Source: an uncultured Acidimicrobiaceae bacterium (GTDB lineage: Bacteria > Actinomycetota > Acidimicrobiia > Spongiisociales > ZC4RG35). Taken from it: a stretch of 49,427 bases of DNA. The notes under the pieces were generated by a model. That model saw nothing but the letters and a program-made list of their open reading frames with translations, made no database searches and was not told where the DNA came from. A program made the translations under genes and the position numbers. Shown here piece by piece: positions 36,756 through 46,826 of the stretch. Numbering within the stretch: position 1 is the stretch's first letter; each line of letters opens with the position of its first letter. The stretch spans positions 1 to 49,427 of the forward strand of contig CAZSMJ010000001.1 of assembly GCA_964608055.1 (NCBI GenBank), given 5' to 3'.

Positions 36756-39056
36756 TCAGCCGTCGAGCGCTGCGGCCAGCACGTCGCCAACCGTGTCAGC
36801 GATATGAAATGTCAGGTCGTCACGGACCTTCTCCGGCACATCGTCGAGGTCGGCTTCGTTTCGTCGAGGGACGACGACCTCCTTCAGCCCTGCCCGGTGC
36901 GCGGCCAGCACCTTCTGCTTGACCCCGCCAATGGGCAGCACCTTGCCTTGAAGAGTGATCTCCCCGGTCATCCCGACCGTGTCTTTCACCTTCCGGCCGG
37001 TCAGTAGCGACACCAACGCGGTGAGCATGGTCACCCCGGCCGAGGGGCCGTCCTTGGGGATAGCGCCTGCGGGAACATGGACGTGGAACTTGCGCTTGAG
37101 CGACGCCGGGTCGATTCCCAAATCCTCTGCATGGGCCTCGACGTACGACAGGGCGATCATGGCCGATTCCTTCATCACGTCACCGAGTTGACCGGTCAAC
37201 GTCAGGCCGGGCTCGCCCTCCATGGCGGTGGCCTCGATGAACAGCACGTCTCCTCCGGCGCCGGTGACCGCCAAACCGGTGGCCACTCCGGGGACGTCGG
37301 TGCGATCCGATGCCTCGTCCTTCCAAACCTTGGGCTTGCCCAGATACTCACGCACCTCGGGCTCGTCGACCACCACAGGCTCGGATGCCGATTCGGAGCG
37401 GCGGGCTACCTCGGTTGCAACCTTGCGTGACAGCTTGCCCAATTCCCGCTCCAGGTTGCGCACTCCCGCTTCCCGGGTGTAGCGGTCGACGATGGCGGCG
37501 AGGGCGGACTCGGTCACGTCCAACTCTTCGGGCTCCAGGCCGGCGGCTCGAAGCTGCCGGGGCAAGAGATGGTCGCGGGCGATCTCGACTTTTTCGGCGT
37601 CGGTATACCCGTCGAGAGTGATCACCTCGGTTCGATCGAGTAGCGGTCCGGGGATGGTCTCCAAGACATTGGCGGTGGCGATGAACAGCACATCCGAGAG
37701 GTCGAGGTCGACCTCGAGGTAGTTGTCACGGAAGGTGTGGTTCTGCGCTGGATCCAATACCTCGAGCAGGGCTGAGGACGGGTCGCCGCGCCAGTCATTG
37801 CCGACCTTGTCCATCTCGTCGAGGAGGAAGACCGGGTTCATGGTTTCGGCTTCAGTGAGGGCTCTGGCAATTCGCCCCGGTCGGGCACCGACGTACGTGC
37901 GACGGTGGCCCCGGATCTCAGCCTCGTCCCGGACCCCACCGAGGGCGACCCGGATGAACTTGCGTCCCAAGGCGCGGGCCACCGACTCGCCGAGCGACGT
38001 CTTGCCGACCCCGGGTGGGCCGACCAGGAGAAGGATGGCCCCGACACTGCGCTCGCCTTGGTCGGTGAGACCGCGCTCGGCGCGCAGCTTGCGCACTGCC
38101 AGATGCTCGATGATCCGCTCTTTGACGTCTTCGAGCCCGGTGTGGTCGGCGTCGAGCACGGTCCAGGCCTCTTCGAGGTCGAGCCGGTCCTCGGAGCGAA
38201 CTCCCCAAGGCACCTCGAACATGGTGTCGAGCCAGGTCCGGATCCAGGAATGCTCAGGAGACTGCTCACTCATCCGTTCCAGCCGGTCGATTTCGCGCTC
38301 GATCGACTCGTGGACCTTCTCGGGCAACTCCCGCTCGGAGAGCTTGGCCCGGTACTCAGAGCCGACGTCGGCGTCCTCACCGAGCTCCTTTCGAATCGCC
38401 TCCATCTGCTGACGGAGGATGTAGTCCTTCTGACCTTTCTCGATCCGTTCGGTGGCGTCCTCGCGCACCTTGCGGCGCAGTTCCAGATCGGCGAGTGTCT
38501 CGCGCATCCACACCAGGAGCATCCCGAGACGACGCCGGATGTCGAGCGCCTCCAAGAGCTCCACCTTTTGTTCCAGGGAGAGATCAGGGGAGTAGACGGC
38601 GAGGTCAGCTAGTTGTGAGGGGTTGTCCACTGCCAGAAGCCGCTCGGCGACTCCGGCCAGCCCACGGTTCTCCAATACGGCGCTGACCACGGCGCGGTAT
38701 TCGGCGATCAAGGCCCCGAGCTCGTCGTCGATCATGTCGACTTCTGGATAGGTCTCGGCTTCGACCCAGAGCGCCCCGCTGTCGTCCACAGATCCGGCGC
38801 CGACACGGGCCCGGGCGAGACCGGAGACGACGACGCTCCCGTCCTCGTCTGATTGGATCTCGGCGATGGTGCCCACAGTCGAATAGCGCCCTTCGAGCTT
38901 GGGGACGAGGAGAAGGCGGCCGTCACTTCTGGCGGCGGCAGCGAGAGCGGTCTTGCCCTCCTCGGTCTCGACGCGGATGGTCACCACCATGTGGGGGAAG
39001 ACCACCCCGTTGTGGAGGGGGAGGACGGGAAGCGTGAGTTGAGCGGTTTCAGGCAT
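36756..39056 (-). CDS. lon: ATP-dependent Lon protease (endopeptidase La)
   Basis: N-terminal LON domain (LPVLPLHNGVVFPHMV). AAA+ Walker A GPPGVGKTS and Walker B FLLDEMDK. Proteolytic site PKDGPSAGVTM. Confidence 0.9.
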   Translation of the reverse strand: MPETAQLTLPVLPLHNGVVFPHMVVTIRVETEEGKTALAAAARSDGRLLLVPKLEGRYSTVGTIAEIQSDEDGSVVVSGLARARVGAGSVDDSGALWVEAETYPEVDMIDDELGALIAEYRAVVSAVLENRGLAGVAERLLAVDNPSQLADLAVYSPDLSLEQKVELLEALDIRRRLGMLLVWMRETLADLELRRKVREDATERIEKGQKDYILRQQMEAIRKELGEDADVGSEYRAKLSERELPEKVHESIEREIDRLERMSEQSPEHSWIRTWLDTMFEVPWGVRSEDRLDLEEAWTVLDADHTGLEDVKERIIEHLAVRKLRAERGLTDQGERSVGAILLLVGPPGVGKTSLGESVARALGRKFIRVALGGVRDEAEIRGHRRTYVGARPGRIARALTEAETMNPVFLLDEMDKVGNDWRGDPSSALLEVLDPAQNHTFRDNYLEVDLDLSDVLFIATANVLETIPGPLLDRTEVITLDGYTDAEKVEIARDHLLPRQLRAAGLEPEELDVTESALAAIVDRYTREAGVRNLERELGKLSRKVATEVARRSESASEPVVVDEPEVREYLGKPKVWKDEASDRTDVPGVATGLAVTGAGGDVLFIEATAMEGEPGLTLTGQLGDVMKESAMIALSYVEAHAEDLGIDPASLKRKFHVHVPAGAIPKDGPSAGVTMLTALVSLLTGRKVKDTVGMTGEITLQGKVLPIGGVKQKVLAAHRAGLKEVVVPRRNEADLDDVPEKVRDDLTFHIADTVGDVLAAALDG

Positions 39057-39200
39057 CGGGGCCGGTTCCTTCTGGTATTTCAGGGCGACGAGACTCTGCC
39101 AACCTCCGACGGTGCCCCCCTATTCCAGATCTGAGCCTCGATGGCTCAGGTTTGGTCAGTTGGTTTCGGGCAACCACGCCATGAGATGGTCGGCGGGGCG

Positions 39201-39509
39201 CTAGCGGTGGACCCCGTTGATCCGATTGAGAAGTTCCTCGTCGACCATCGTCTGATAGTCGGGGTGGGCCTCGATCCAAGAGGCGATGAACGGGCAGAGC
39301 GGCACGACCATCCCACCCTGAGCCTTGACATCATCCAGGGCGAACCGGGCCAGAGCCGAGCCCACACCTTTGCCTTCATACTCGGAGTTGATCTCAGTGT
39401 GGACGAAGATGTGTCGACCCGCTCGAAGCTGGTAGACAGCCATCCCTACGACGCGACCGTCGATCTCGGCCAGATAGCGGTGGCGCTCGGGATCGTCCCG
39501 GAACTGCAC
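39201..39509 (-). CDS. Small GNAT-family N-acetyltransferase (YjdJ-like, ~100 aa)
   Basis: GTG at 39509 lies 8 nt after GAGGAGG and gives (M)QFRDDPERHRYLAEIDG...EGKGVGSALA...VVPLCPF. The track start at 39644 has no homology-like content. Confidence 0.7.
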   Translation of the reverse strand: MQFRDDPERHRYLAEIDGRVVGMAVYQLRAGRHIFVHTEINSEYEGKGVGSALARFALDDVKAQGGMVVPLCPFIASWIEAHPDYQTMVDEELLNRINGVHR

Positions 39510-39643
39510 GTTGAGGCCCTCCTCGATGCTGGCGTCTTCGTTGATGTCCAACCTCCTACCTCTGGCCGACGCTACCGGTTGCAGTAAGGCGGATGCGTCG
39601 GGCCAGATGATGGGCCTATCGTCGGCACGTGGCCAATCACACA

Positions 39644-40087
39644 ATGCGCCCGGTCGAGGTCTCGGTACACATCCCGACGCCCCCGGACCAGTTGTTCGCC
39701 TTCGTCTCGGACACCCGGAACGACCCTTTGTGGTGCCCTAACGTGGAAACGGTCGAACTCGTCCATGGGGACGGTGTGGGGGTAGGGGCCCGGTTCCGGT
39801 TCCATCAGCATCTGGATCGCCTCGGAGGGCAGCGCATCGAATTCGACGGAGAGGTGGAGGTCCTCGAAATTGGCGATCGGTCGATCGTCTGGCGGGCGAC
39901 CGACAAGTTCCAGGAGCGATTGATCCGGCTCGGCATCGAGCCCAACGGAGCCGGCTCGAGAATAACTCAGGTAACCACCGCCACGTTTCACCGTCCACCC
40001 GGAATCGTGAGATGGATTTACCCGCGTCTGGCCAGACGCATCTTCAAGGAGCAATTCGAGCAGCTGGCCGCCCATTTCGGAGCCTGA
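39644..40087 (+). CDS. SRPBCC (polyketide cyclase/dehydrase-like) family protein
   Basis: MRPVEVSVHIPTPPDQLFAFVSDTRNDPLWCPNV is a typical SRPBCC N-terminus. An alternative GTG lies at 39629. Confidence 0.75.
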   Translation: MRPVEVSVHIPTPPDQLFAFVSDTRNDPLWCPNVETVELVHGDGVGVGARFRFHQHLDRLGGQRIEFDGEVEVLEIGDRSIVWRATDKFQERLIRLGIEPNGAGSRITQVTTATFHRPPGIVRWIYPRLARRIFKEQFEQLAAHFGA

Positions 40088-40144
40088 CCTGCGAACAGGT
40101 CGCGGGAATAACCTCGCCGCGCTGACCGCTGGACTGTCCTGAAC

Positions 40145-41170
40145 ATGGAACTTGGGATCACGACCTTCGCCGAGACTTACGCCGACCCGTTGACAGGGGA
40201 GAAGGTCAGCCATGGGGAGCGGCTTCGTCAGGTCCTGGATGAGATCGTTCTTGCCGAGGAGGTTGGGCTCGAGGTCTACGGGGTGGGGGAGCACCATCGC
40301 CCCGACTTTGCCGCCTCGTCCCCCGCAGTGGTGCTGGCCGCAGCTGCCGGCAGAACCAATCGAATCCGTCTCAGCCCTGCGGTGATCATCCTCAGCTCCG
40401 CCGACCCGGTGCGCACATTTCAGGATTTCGCCACCCTCGACCTGGTGTCCTCGGGGCGAGCCGAGCTTTTGGTGGGCCGGGGGTCGTTCATCGAGTCTTT
40501 CCCGCTCTTCGGCTACTCGCTGTCGGACTACGACGAGTTGTTCAGCGAGAAGCTCGACCTACTGCTGGCGATACGGGACAACGAGCGGGTGACCTGGTCG
40601 GGAAAGCACCGGCCCCCACTCTCCGACCAGCCGATCTACCCCCGCCCGGAGCAGGATCCGCTACCGGTGTGGGTCGGAGTTGGGGGCACGCCCGAGTCCA
40701 TCGTTCGGGCCGCCACCAGAGGGCTCCCGGTAGCGCTCGCCATCATCGGAGGCAACCCGGACCGTTTCTCGTTCTTAGCCGACCTCCACCGCAGCACCTT
40801 GGTCGAATCTGGCTACGACCCAGCCGACGTCCCTCTCGCGGTTCACGCCCACGGCTACATCGGTGACGATTCTGAGCAAGCCGCTGACGAGTACTACCCC
40901 TCCTATGCGGTGGCCATGTCCACGATCGGGCGGGAGCGGGGCTGGGGGCCGATGACCCGCCCGCAGTTCGACATGATGCGCGCCCCTGAGGGCTCGCTGG
41001 TTCTCGGTGACGTCGAAGCTGTGGCGGCCAAGATCATCCGGATGCGCGACATCCTCGGCATCCAGCGTTTCATGCTCCACATCAGCGTCGGCACCCTTCC
41101 CCACGACAAGGTGATGCGGGCGATCGAGCTCTTCGGCACCAAGGTCGCTCCCATCGTCAACGCCTTCTGA
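40145..41170 (+). CDS. LLM-class (luciferase-like) flavin-dependent oxidoreductase
   Basis: MELGITTF..., GLEVYGVGEHH, LDLVSSGRAELLVGRGS. Confidence 0.85.
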   Translation: MELGITTFAETYADPLTGEKVSHGERLRQVLDEIVLAEEVGLEVYGVGEHHRPDFAASSPAVVLAAAAGRTNRIRLSPAVIILSSADPVRTFQDFATLDLVSSGRAELLVGRGSFIESFPLFGYSLSDYDELFSEKLDLLLAIRDNERVTWSGKHRPPLSDQPIYPRPEQDPLPVWVGVGGTPESIVRAATRGLPVALAIIGGNPDRFSFLADLHRSTLVESGYDPADVPLAVHAHGYIGDDSEQAADEYYPSYAVAMSTIGRERGWGPMTRPQFDMMRAPEGSLVLGDVEAVAAKIIRMRDILGIQRFMLHISVGTLPHDKVMRAIELFGTKVAPIVNAF

Positions 41171-41181
41171 CGGCGCTGCTA

Positions 41182-41235
41182 GTCGTAATTGGGTGCACAG
41201 GTCCGTGTGTCACCCATCACGATCCCAATTACGAC
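41182..41235. repeat. Perfect 12-bp inverted repeat GTCGTAATTGGG / CCCAATTACGAC separated by 30 nt
   Basis: Arms 41182-41193 and 41224-41235. An inner CACA/TGTG mini-stem is present. AT-rich arms in a GC-rich genome. Lies between the LLM stop and the ltrA-like gene. Confidence 0.7.
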
Positions 41236-41260
41236 GAGGTGTTCGGGTAATTTCTCGGTC

Positions 41261-42475
41261 GTGACCGGACGAATCACGTTTCGACGCTGGTGGCAGCCGC
41301 CGGCCCGGTACGAAGACCGCCCCGCGGATCGGCGGGTGACTTTCCTCGAGCTCTTCTTCGACCTCGTCTTCGTCGTCCTCATCTCCCAGCTGGCTCACCG
41401 TCTCGCCGAGCATCCGACGTGGTCGGGGGTGGGTTGGTTCGTGTTTCTCTTCTATGCGGTGTGGTCGTCGTGGATCAATGGAACCTTCTACTACGACCTC
41501 CACGGCACCGACGACGTCAGTGTCAGGGTCTTCACCTTCACCCAGATGCTGACGGTCGCGGTGATGGCGGTGTTCGCCGGGAGTGTCCCTGGCTCTGGTT
41601 CGGAGGGGTTTGCGATTGCATACGGGTTCAACAGCCTGCTGTTGGCGATCATCTGGTTTCGGACCGGTCTCCACGACCCGAGCCATCGTCTGGCGTCGAA
41701 CCCTTACTCCGCCGCCTACCTCCTGGGCGCCAGCATGTTCGTGATCAGCGCTCTCGTCGACGGCCCCGCTCGTTATTGGATGTGGGCGGTGGCGCTCTTC
41801 ATCGAATCCGCGGGTTATGTGGTCGCGATGAACCGATGGCGACCACCGGAGGGTCAGAGAGGCGATGCCGTGATCGCGGTCACTGCATCACTGATCGAGC
41901 GAATGGGTCTGTTCGTCATCATCGTTCTCGGTGAGGTGATCGTGGGAGCAATCAACGGGATGGCTGACCTCGAACCCCTGACCCGCAACGGAGTGTTCAT
42001 CGGGCTACTCGGGGTTCTGGTGGCGATAGGTCTCTGGTGGATCTATTTCGATCTGGTCTCGCATCGGCCGCCGGTGTCTCGTCTCACCCAGACTTGGCTC
42101 TATCTCCACTTTCCACTGGTGGTGGCGATAGCCGCTGGGGGAGCTGGTGTCTTGAACACTGTGGAGCACAGCGCCACACCACTGCCCGATTCATTGCGCT
42201 GGTTGCTCGTTGGGTCATTGGCGAGCGCTGTCCTCTCGGTTGCCGCTCTGACCCACACCCTCGAGAGCCGGGCTGCCCACCTCGAGATATTCCAGAAGGC
42301 GGAACGGACCATGATTCTCAGTGCTGCCCTCACGGTCGCGGTGGGTTTGACCGATTGGGGGTCCAAGGAGACGCTTGGGTCGCTGGTATTGCTCCTCCTC
42401 GCCCCGATCATGGTCGGCCTGTTGGTCTGGCTCCGCCACGTCGACACCGAGCCGGGCGCCCTGAATGCCTTTTGA
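41261..42475 (+). CDS. Low-temperature-requirement A (LtrA) family membrane protein
   Basis: RVTFLELFFDLVFVVLISQLAH signature and about 10 TM helices. Start uncertain: GTG 41261 is preferred, while TTG 41189 and GTG 41207 fall inside the inverted repeat. Confidence 0.8.
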   Translation: MTGRITFRRWWQPPARYEDRPADRRVTFLELFFDLVFVVLISQLAHRLAEHPTWSGVGWFVFLFYAVWSSWINGTFYYDLHGTDDVSVRVFTFTQMLTVAVMAVFAGSVPGSGSEGFAIAYGFNSLLLAIIWFRTGLHDPSHRLASNPYSAAYLLGASMFVISALVDGPARYWMWAVALFIESAGYVVAMNRWRPPEGQRGDAVIAVTASLIERMGLFVIIVLGEVIVGAINGMADLEPLTRNGVFIGLLGVLVAIGLWWIYFDLVSHRPPVSRLTQTWLYLHFPLVVAIAAGGAGVLNTVEHSATPLPDSLRWLLVGSLASAVLSVAALTHTLESRAAHLEIFQKAERTMILSAALTVAVGLTDWGSKETLGSLVLLLLAPIMVGLLVWLRHVDTEPGALNAF

Positions 42476-42486
42476 TCGGGCCGGGC

Positions 42487-42873
42487 TCAACCCTGGTCGG
42501 GGACAGCCATGAAGAACTCGGTGAAATCAGCGCACTTACCGTCGGAGTCGAATCGCAGCAGGAAGCAGTTGTAGTAGACGCGGTCCGGGCGATAGGTGGT
42601 GGCAAAGTAGTGACTGGTCCCGGTTGCGACCCCGCGGTCGCCGTCGACTGCAAACGCCTCATAATCAGCTTCCCAGGCTTGGGGATCGTCCGGCTCGCTC
42701 AGCCATTGCTCGACTATGGCTTGACGACCGGTCGCCACCTCACCCTCGCCTGAATACGGCCGAAACCGGTAAACGGCGTCCTCGGTGAACAAGGCCTCGA
42801 TGGCCTCGGGCTTGTTCTGACGCCAGGCATCGACATAACGGTCGAGCCACTCTTGCAGGTCGGATCGCTCCAT
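42487..42873 (-). CDS. SnoaL-like / NTF2 family protein
   Basis: LQEWLDRYVDAWRQNKPEAIEALFTEDAVYRFRPY is a typical SnoaL-like N-terminus. Confidence 0.75.
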   Translation of the reverse strand: MERSDLQEWLDRYVDAWRQNKPEAIEALFTEDAVYRFRPYSGEGEVATGRQAIVEQWLSEPDDPQAWEADYEAFAVDGDRGVATGTSHYFATTYRPDRVYYNCFLLRFDSDGKCADFTEFFMAVPDQG

Positions 42874-42911
42874 CGGGAAATCCTAAGCCCGGCTGGAGCT
42901 CTAATCCGTGC

Positions 42912-44006
42912 TCACACGGGCTCGGGGCCCTCCGATACGAAGGTCAAGACCCGGCTCGATCCATCCAGGAACATCTCCTGGCGGTCCCGCCCTCCGTGCT
43001 GGAGGCCTGCAACCCCGGCGGCCCCCGAAGTAGTGGTGGCGATGCCGTGCTGATCGAGGAACCTGACGGTATCCAAGGCTTCCTCGTCGCTGATGGTTAC
43101 GAAAATGTCGGCATCGCGCGCCAAAGCAATGAGGGCCAGATGGGAAGGCTCCTTGGCGTCGAGTCGGCCCATGTTGGAAACCGGCCCGTCGGCCCTAACC
43201 GCACGACCCACCCGAATGCTCTCGGTAAGACACGGCGCACGGTCCGGCTCGACAACGACGATCACCGGTTCGTCGCCCCATTGATGACGAGCGAATGCGG
43301 CGATCGAGGCTGCCAGACTTCCGACACCGGCCTGGACGAAGAGGTGGGTAGGCGGATTGGCGATGGCTTCGACTTGCTCGGCGGCTTCGGCGCCTATCAC
43401 CAGGTATCCCTCCATCACCTGTCGAGGAATATCGGCATACCCGGGCCATGAGGAATCGGAGAGCAGAGTCCAACCCTCATCCTCCGCCATCTCCCTCGAC
43501 GCCGCCATGCTGTCCTCGTAGTCGATGCCCTCTCGGACGACCCGGGCTCCGAAGCGTTGAAGACGTTGGGCGAAGCCCTCCGACACGTTTTCGCTGAGGA
43601 CGATCACAGCCTGGGCACCGAACACCCGGGCACCTGCCGCAACTGACAGGCCATGGTTTCCGGCGCTTGCCGTCACATAGGTGATGTCCGCCAATGCGCC
43701 AGCCACTGCTTCCGGCGTCCGATCCCAGTTTCCTTCGAAGCGGGTGTCGGCCTCTTTGGCAATGACATAAGCCGCCCCTAGTGCCTTGAAACTGCCAAGG
43801 CCCATGCGGTCGCGCTCGTCCTTGATCCAAAGGTGCTCCACTCCGAGCGCGGCGGCCATTTCCGGGGAGTCGAGCAGCGCAGTGACTCCGGCCACCGGGC
43901 AGCGAAGGAGCAGGTCCTGCACCTTGCCCGCGTCGACACTCAGATCGGCGTCGGCGGGACCGCGCAGCCCCTTCGATCGCCAGGGGTTGGTCAACATCGA
44001 GGACAT
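42912..44006 (-). CDS. Fold-type II PLP-dependent enzyme, diaminopropionate ammonia-lyase-like
   Basis: DERDRMGLGSFKALGAAYV carries the PLP lysine, and SAGNHG is also present. ATG at 44006 (MSSMLTNPW). The upstream 120 codons of the track ORF are rejected. Confidence 0.7.
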   Translation of the reverse strand: MSSMLTNPWRSKGLRGPADADLSVDAGKVQDLLLRCPVAGVTALLDSPEMAAALGVEHLWIKDERDRMGLGSFKALGAAYVIAKEADTRFEGNWDRTPEAVAGALADITYVTASAGNHGLSVAAGARVFGAQAVIVLSENVSEGFAQRLQRFGARVVREGIDYEDSMAASREMAEDEGWTLLSDSSWPGYADIPRQVMEGYLVIGAEAAEQVEAIANPPTHLFVQAGVGSLAASIAAFARHQWGDEPVIVVVEPDRAPCLTESIRVGRAVRADGPVSNMGRLDAKEPSHLALIALARDADIFVTISDEEALDTVRFLDQHGIATTTSGAAGVAGLQHGGRDRQEMFLDGSSRVLTFVSEGPEPV

Positions 44007-44210
44007 CTTGCGAAGATACCGATGCCGGACGGATTGCCGCCCCCAATCAAGACTTATTACTGACGTCCCGCGCTGGATGTCGGAGCCATAATCCCCCAGA
44101 AGATATGACCACCTTGTTGCTGGTCGCCATTGGCGCCATGGCAATCGCCCGCTATTTGTAGGCGCCCGCAAGCCCAGACATAGAATCGTCCTCATGGACC
44201 CCGGAGCGAG

Positions 44211-46184
44211 GTGAGTTCGGTGCAGACAGTCGAGATGGGCAGGAAAGCCATCGAACGCCGCGCTTGGACCGACGCTGTCAGCGCGTTCAACGAAGTTGAT
44301 GAACAAGAACCGCTCTCTCCGCGCGATCTGGAACTGCTTGCAGACGCCGCCTGGTGGTCGGGTCATCCCGATGAGTCGGTCGACGCTCTCGAGCGCGCCT
44401 TCGCCGGATACGTAGACGCCGGTTCACCGACGGACGCGGCGGGTGTCGCGGTGTTGCTGGCCTATCTCGGAGCGCGACGCCAAGCATTCTCCGTCGTCTT
44501 CGGTTGGGTTGCGCGGGCCCACCGACTCCTGGAAAACGAGCCAGAATCGACAGTCCATGCTCGCCTCAAGGTGTTGGAGGTGATCGAGGCATTCCTCTTC
44601 CGCAACGATTTGGCAAACGCCATCGTGCTCGCTGACGAGACTGTGACACTGGCCCGAAGAGTTGGGAGTCGTGATGCAGAGTCAATGGCGCTCGGCTTGA
44701 AAGGCGCGGCATTGATTGCCGCCGGGCAGTGGCGGGAGGGGATGGCCTTGCTCGACGAGGCAACAGCTTCGGCCCTTTCCGGCGAGCTGGATTTGAGATC
44801 GGCCAGCGATATCTACTGCCAGACGATTTCGGCTTGCAGAAGCATGGGTGACTTTCGAAGGGCAGGAGAGTGGACCGAGGAGGCCGACCGCTGGATGAAC
44901 CGGTTTTCGGTTGGCGGCTACACCGGTGTCTGTCGTGTCCACCGTGCCGAGTTGAAGCGCCTCCACGGGGATTGGACCCACGCCGAAGAGGAGGCGCGTG
45001 ACGCCTGTAAGGAGTTGGAGCGATACCACATCCTCGATGGCGTCGGGTTCGCCCACTACGAGATCGGTGAGGTCCGCCTTCATATGGGAGACCTGGTAGG
45101 AGCTGAGGAAGCTTTTCTCGCCGCGTACGAGTTCGGGCGGGACTCGCAACCGGGGCTTGCACTATTGATGCTGGCCCGAGGAGAGGTCGACGAAGCAGCC
45201 ACTGCCCTAGCTCGCGCCTTGTCCGAGGGCGCCGGCAACGAGGGACAGCGCAAAGATCTCCTCAATCGTGCCCGCCTCTTGCCCGCCCAGGTCGAGGTCG
45301 CATTAGCCAGGAATGACCTAGCCACAGCTCGCTCGGCCACCAAGGAATTGGAGGAATTGGCTGCCGAGTTCGAGCGGCCTGCATTTGAGGCAGCTGCTCT
45401 AACGGCTCAGGGCGAAATTGCCCTTCATGAGGGAAAGGCGGAGGTTGCGGCTCAAGCCCTCGACAGAGCAGGGAAATTGTGGCGGCAAATGGAATTCCCG
45501 TACGAAAGTGCCCGGGCTCGGATGTTGCTCGGGCAGGCCCTTATGGCTTCCGGAGACGAGGGCGCAGCCCGTATGGAGCTGGGAGCGGCCCGTTCTACCT
45601 TCCTTAAGCTGGGGGCGGTGCTCGATCTGAAGCAAGTCGAGAAGCTTCTCTCTCAGGGCAGAGCGCCCGAACAGGATCGTGCCCGAGTGACCAAGACGCT
45701 CATGTTCACCGACATAGTGACTTCGACCGACCTTGTGGGTTTGATCGGCGACAAGGATTGGGAGGAACTGCTTCGATGGCATGACAAAGAGTTGCGTTCG
45801 GTGTTCGCCAGCCATCGGGGAGAAGAGGTCAGTCACACCGGGGATGGCTTCTTCGTCGCCTTCGATCGCACCGTTGACGCCGTCGATGCTGCGGTCTCAG
45901 TCCAACGCCGGCTCGCCGAACATCGACGCAAGAACGGCTTTGCACCCACCGTGCGGATCGGCATGGATCACGTCGAGGTCACTCGTGAGGGGACCGACTA
46001 CCGGGGGCAAGGGGTCCATGCGGCGGCCCGGGTGGGCGCGGTGGCCGGCGGCGAAGAGATCGTGATCTCGGCGGCTGCATTGGAGGCGGCTGAGGATCTC
46101 CGGTTCCCGGTGTCGGAGCCCCGAACGGTCGAACTCAAGGGAATCAAGGAGCCGGTCGAGGTCTACCTCGTCGAATGGCGCTAG
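44211..46184 (+). CDS. TPR-like helical-repeat protein with a C-terminal class III adenylate/guanylate cyclase domain
   Basis: The C-terminus reads KTLMFTDIVTSTDLVGLIGD...HTGDGFFVAFD...RIGMDHVEV...GQGVHAAARV. About 480 aa of N-terminal TPR/MalT-like repeats. No P-loop. Confidence 0.8.
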   Translation: MSSVQTVEMGRKAIERRAWTDAVSAFNEVDEQEPLSPRDLELLADAAWWSGHPDESVDALERAFAGYVDAGSPTDAAGVAVLLAYLGARRQAFSVVFGWVARAHRLLENEPESTVHARLKVLEVIEAFLFRNDLANAIVLADETVTLARRVGSRDAESMALGLKGAALIAAGQWREGMALLDEATASALSGELDLRSASDIYCQTISACRSMGDFRRAGEWTEEADRWMNRFSVGGYTGVCRVHRAELKRLHGDWTHAEEEARDACKELERYHILDGVGFAHYEIGEVRLHMGDLVGAEEAFLAAYEFGRDSQPGLALLMLARGEVDEAATALARALSEGAGNEGQRKDLLNRARLLPAQVEVALARNDLATARSATKELEELAAEFERPAFEAAALTAQGEIALHEGKAEVAAQALDRAGKLWRQMEFPYESARARMLLGQALMASGDEGAARMELGAARSTFLKLGAVLDLKQVEKLLSQGRAPEQDRARVTKTLMFTDIVTSTDLVGLIGDKDWEELLRWHDKELRSVFASHRGEEVSHTGDGFFVAFDRTVDAVDAAVSVQRRLAEHRRKNGFAPTVRIGMDHVEVTREGTDYRGQGVHAAARVGAVAGGEEIVISAAALEAAEDLRFPVSEPRTVELKGIKEPVEVYLVEWR

Positions 46185-46190
46185 CCCGAA

Positions 46191-46826
46191 TCAGGCCAGG
46201 CGGGATTCGAGGCCACTGATGATGATCTCCAACCCGAAGGCATGCTCGGAGCCAAACTCACATTCTGCCAACAGGGGGGCGAGCGCCACCACGTGGGGGA
46301 ACCGCTCGCCGAGATGAGAGAGTTGTTGTTCGAGCCCGTCCCAATCCTTGTCCCGCGAGCTGCCCGAAGACTGTTGAAAGGCGTAGCCCATGGTGTGCGA
46401 AGCCAGCATTTGCCAGGCATGATGGGTTTCCTCGTCGCTGAAGCCTGCAGCACGGAGGATGCCCAACACCTGGTTCATGAACACCAGCGACGCATGCCCG
46501 AAATTGCCCCGCTGCATCAGGAGACTGACCACCCAGGGATGAGCCGTGAATTGCTCCATGGCGGCGTGTCCGGTCTTGCGGACCGACACCCGCCAGTCCT
46601 CCTTGGGGTCGGGGAGAGGGATCGTCATGAAAACGCGGTCGATCATCCCGTCTAGGATCTCATCCTTGTTGGCAACGTGGTTGTAGAGCGACATCGCCTC
46701 AACACCGAGCTCAGCGCCCAGTTTGCGCATCGACAACTCGTCAACACCTTGCTGATCGGCAAACCTGACTGCAGCGTCGATGATCCGATCCCTGGTGAGC
46801 GGGGGGCGGGTTTCGATGACGGTCAT
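46191..46826 (-). CDS. TetR family transcriptional regulator
   Basis: ATG at 46826 gives MTVIETRPPLTRDRIIDAAVRFADQQGVDELSMRKLGAELGVEAMSLYNHV (TetR HTH). Divergent from the MMPL gene. Confidence 0.85.
   Translation of the reverse strand: MTVIETRPPLTRDRIIDAAVRFADQQGVDELSMRKLGAELGVEAMSLYNHVANKDEILDGMIDRVFMTIPLPDPKEDWRVSVRKTGHAAMEQFTAHPWVVSLLMQRGNFGHASLVFMNQVLGILRAAGFSDEETHHAWQMLASHTMGYAFQQSSGSSRDKDWDGLEQQLSHLGERFPHVVALAPLLAECEFGSEHAFGLEIIISGLESRLA

Noticed and set aside
39121-39160. Hairpin CTGAGCC-TCGAT-GGCTCAG in the lon / GNAT spacer, as a possible terminator.
   Set aside because: It is only a 7-bp stem, has no clear U-tract on the strand where a gene ends, and could equally belong to the lon promoter region.
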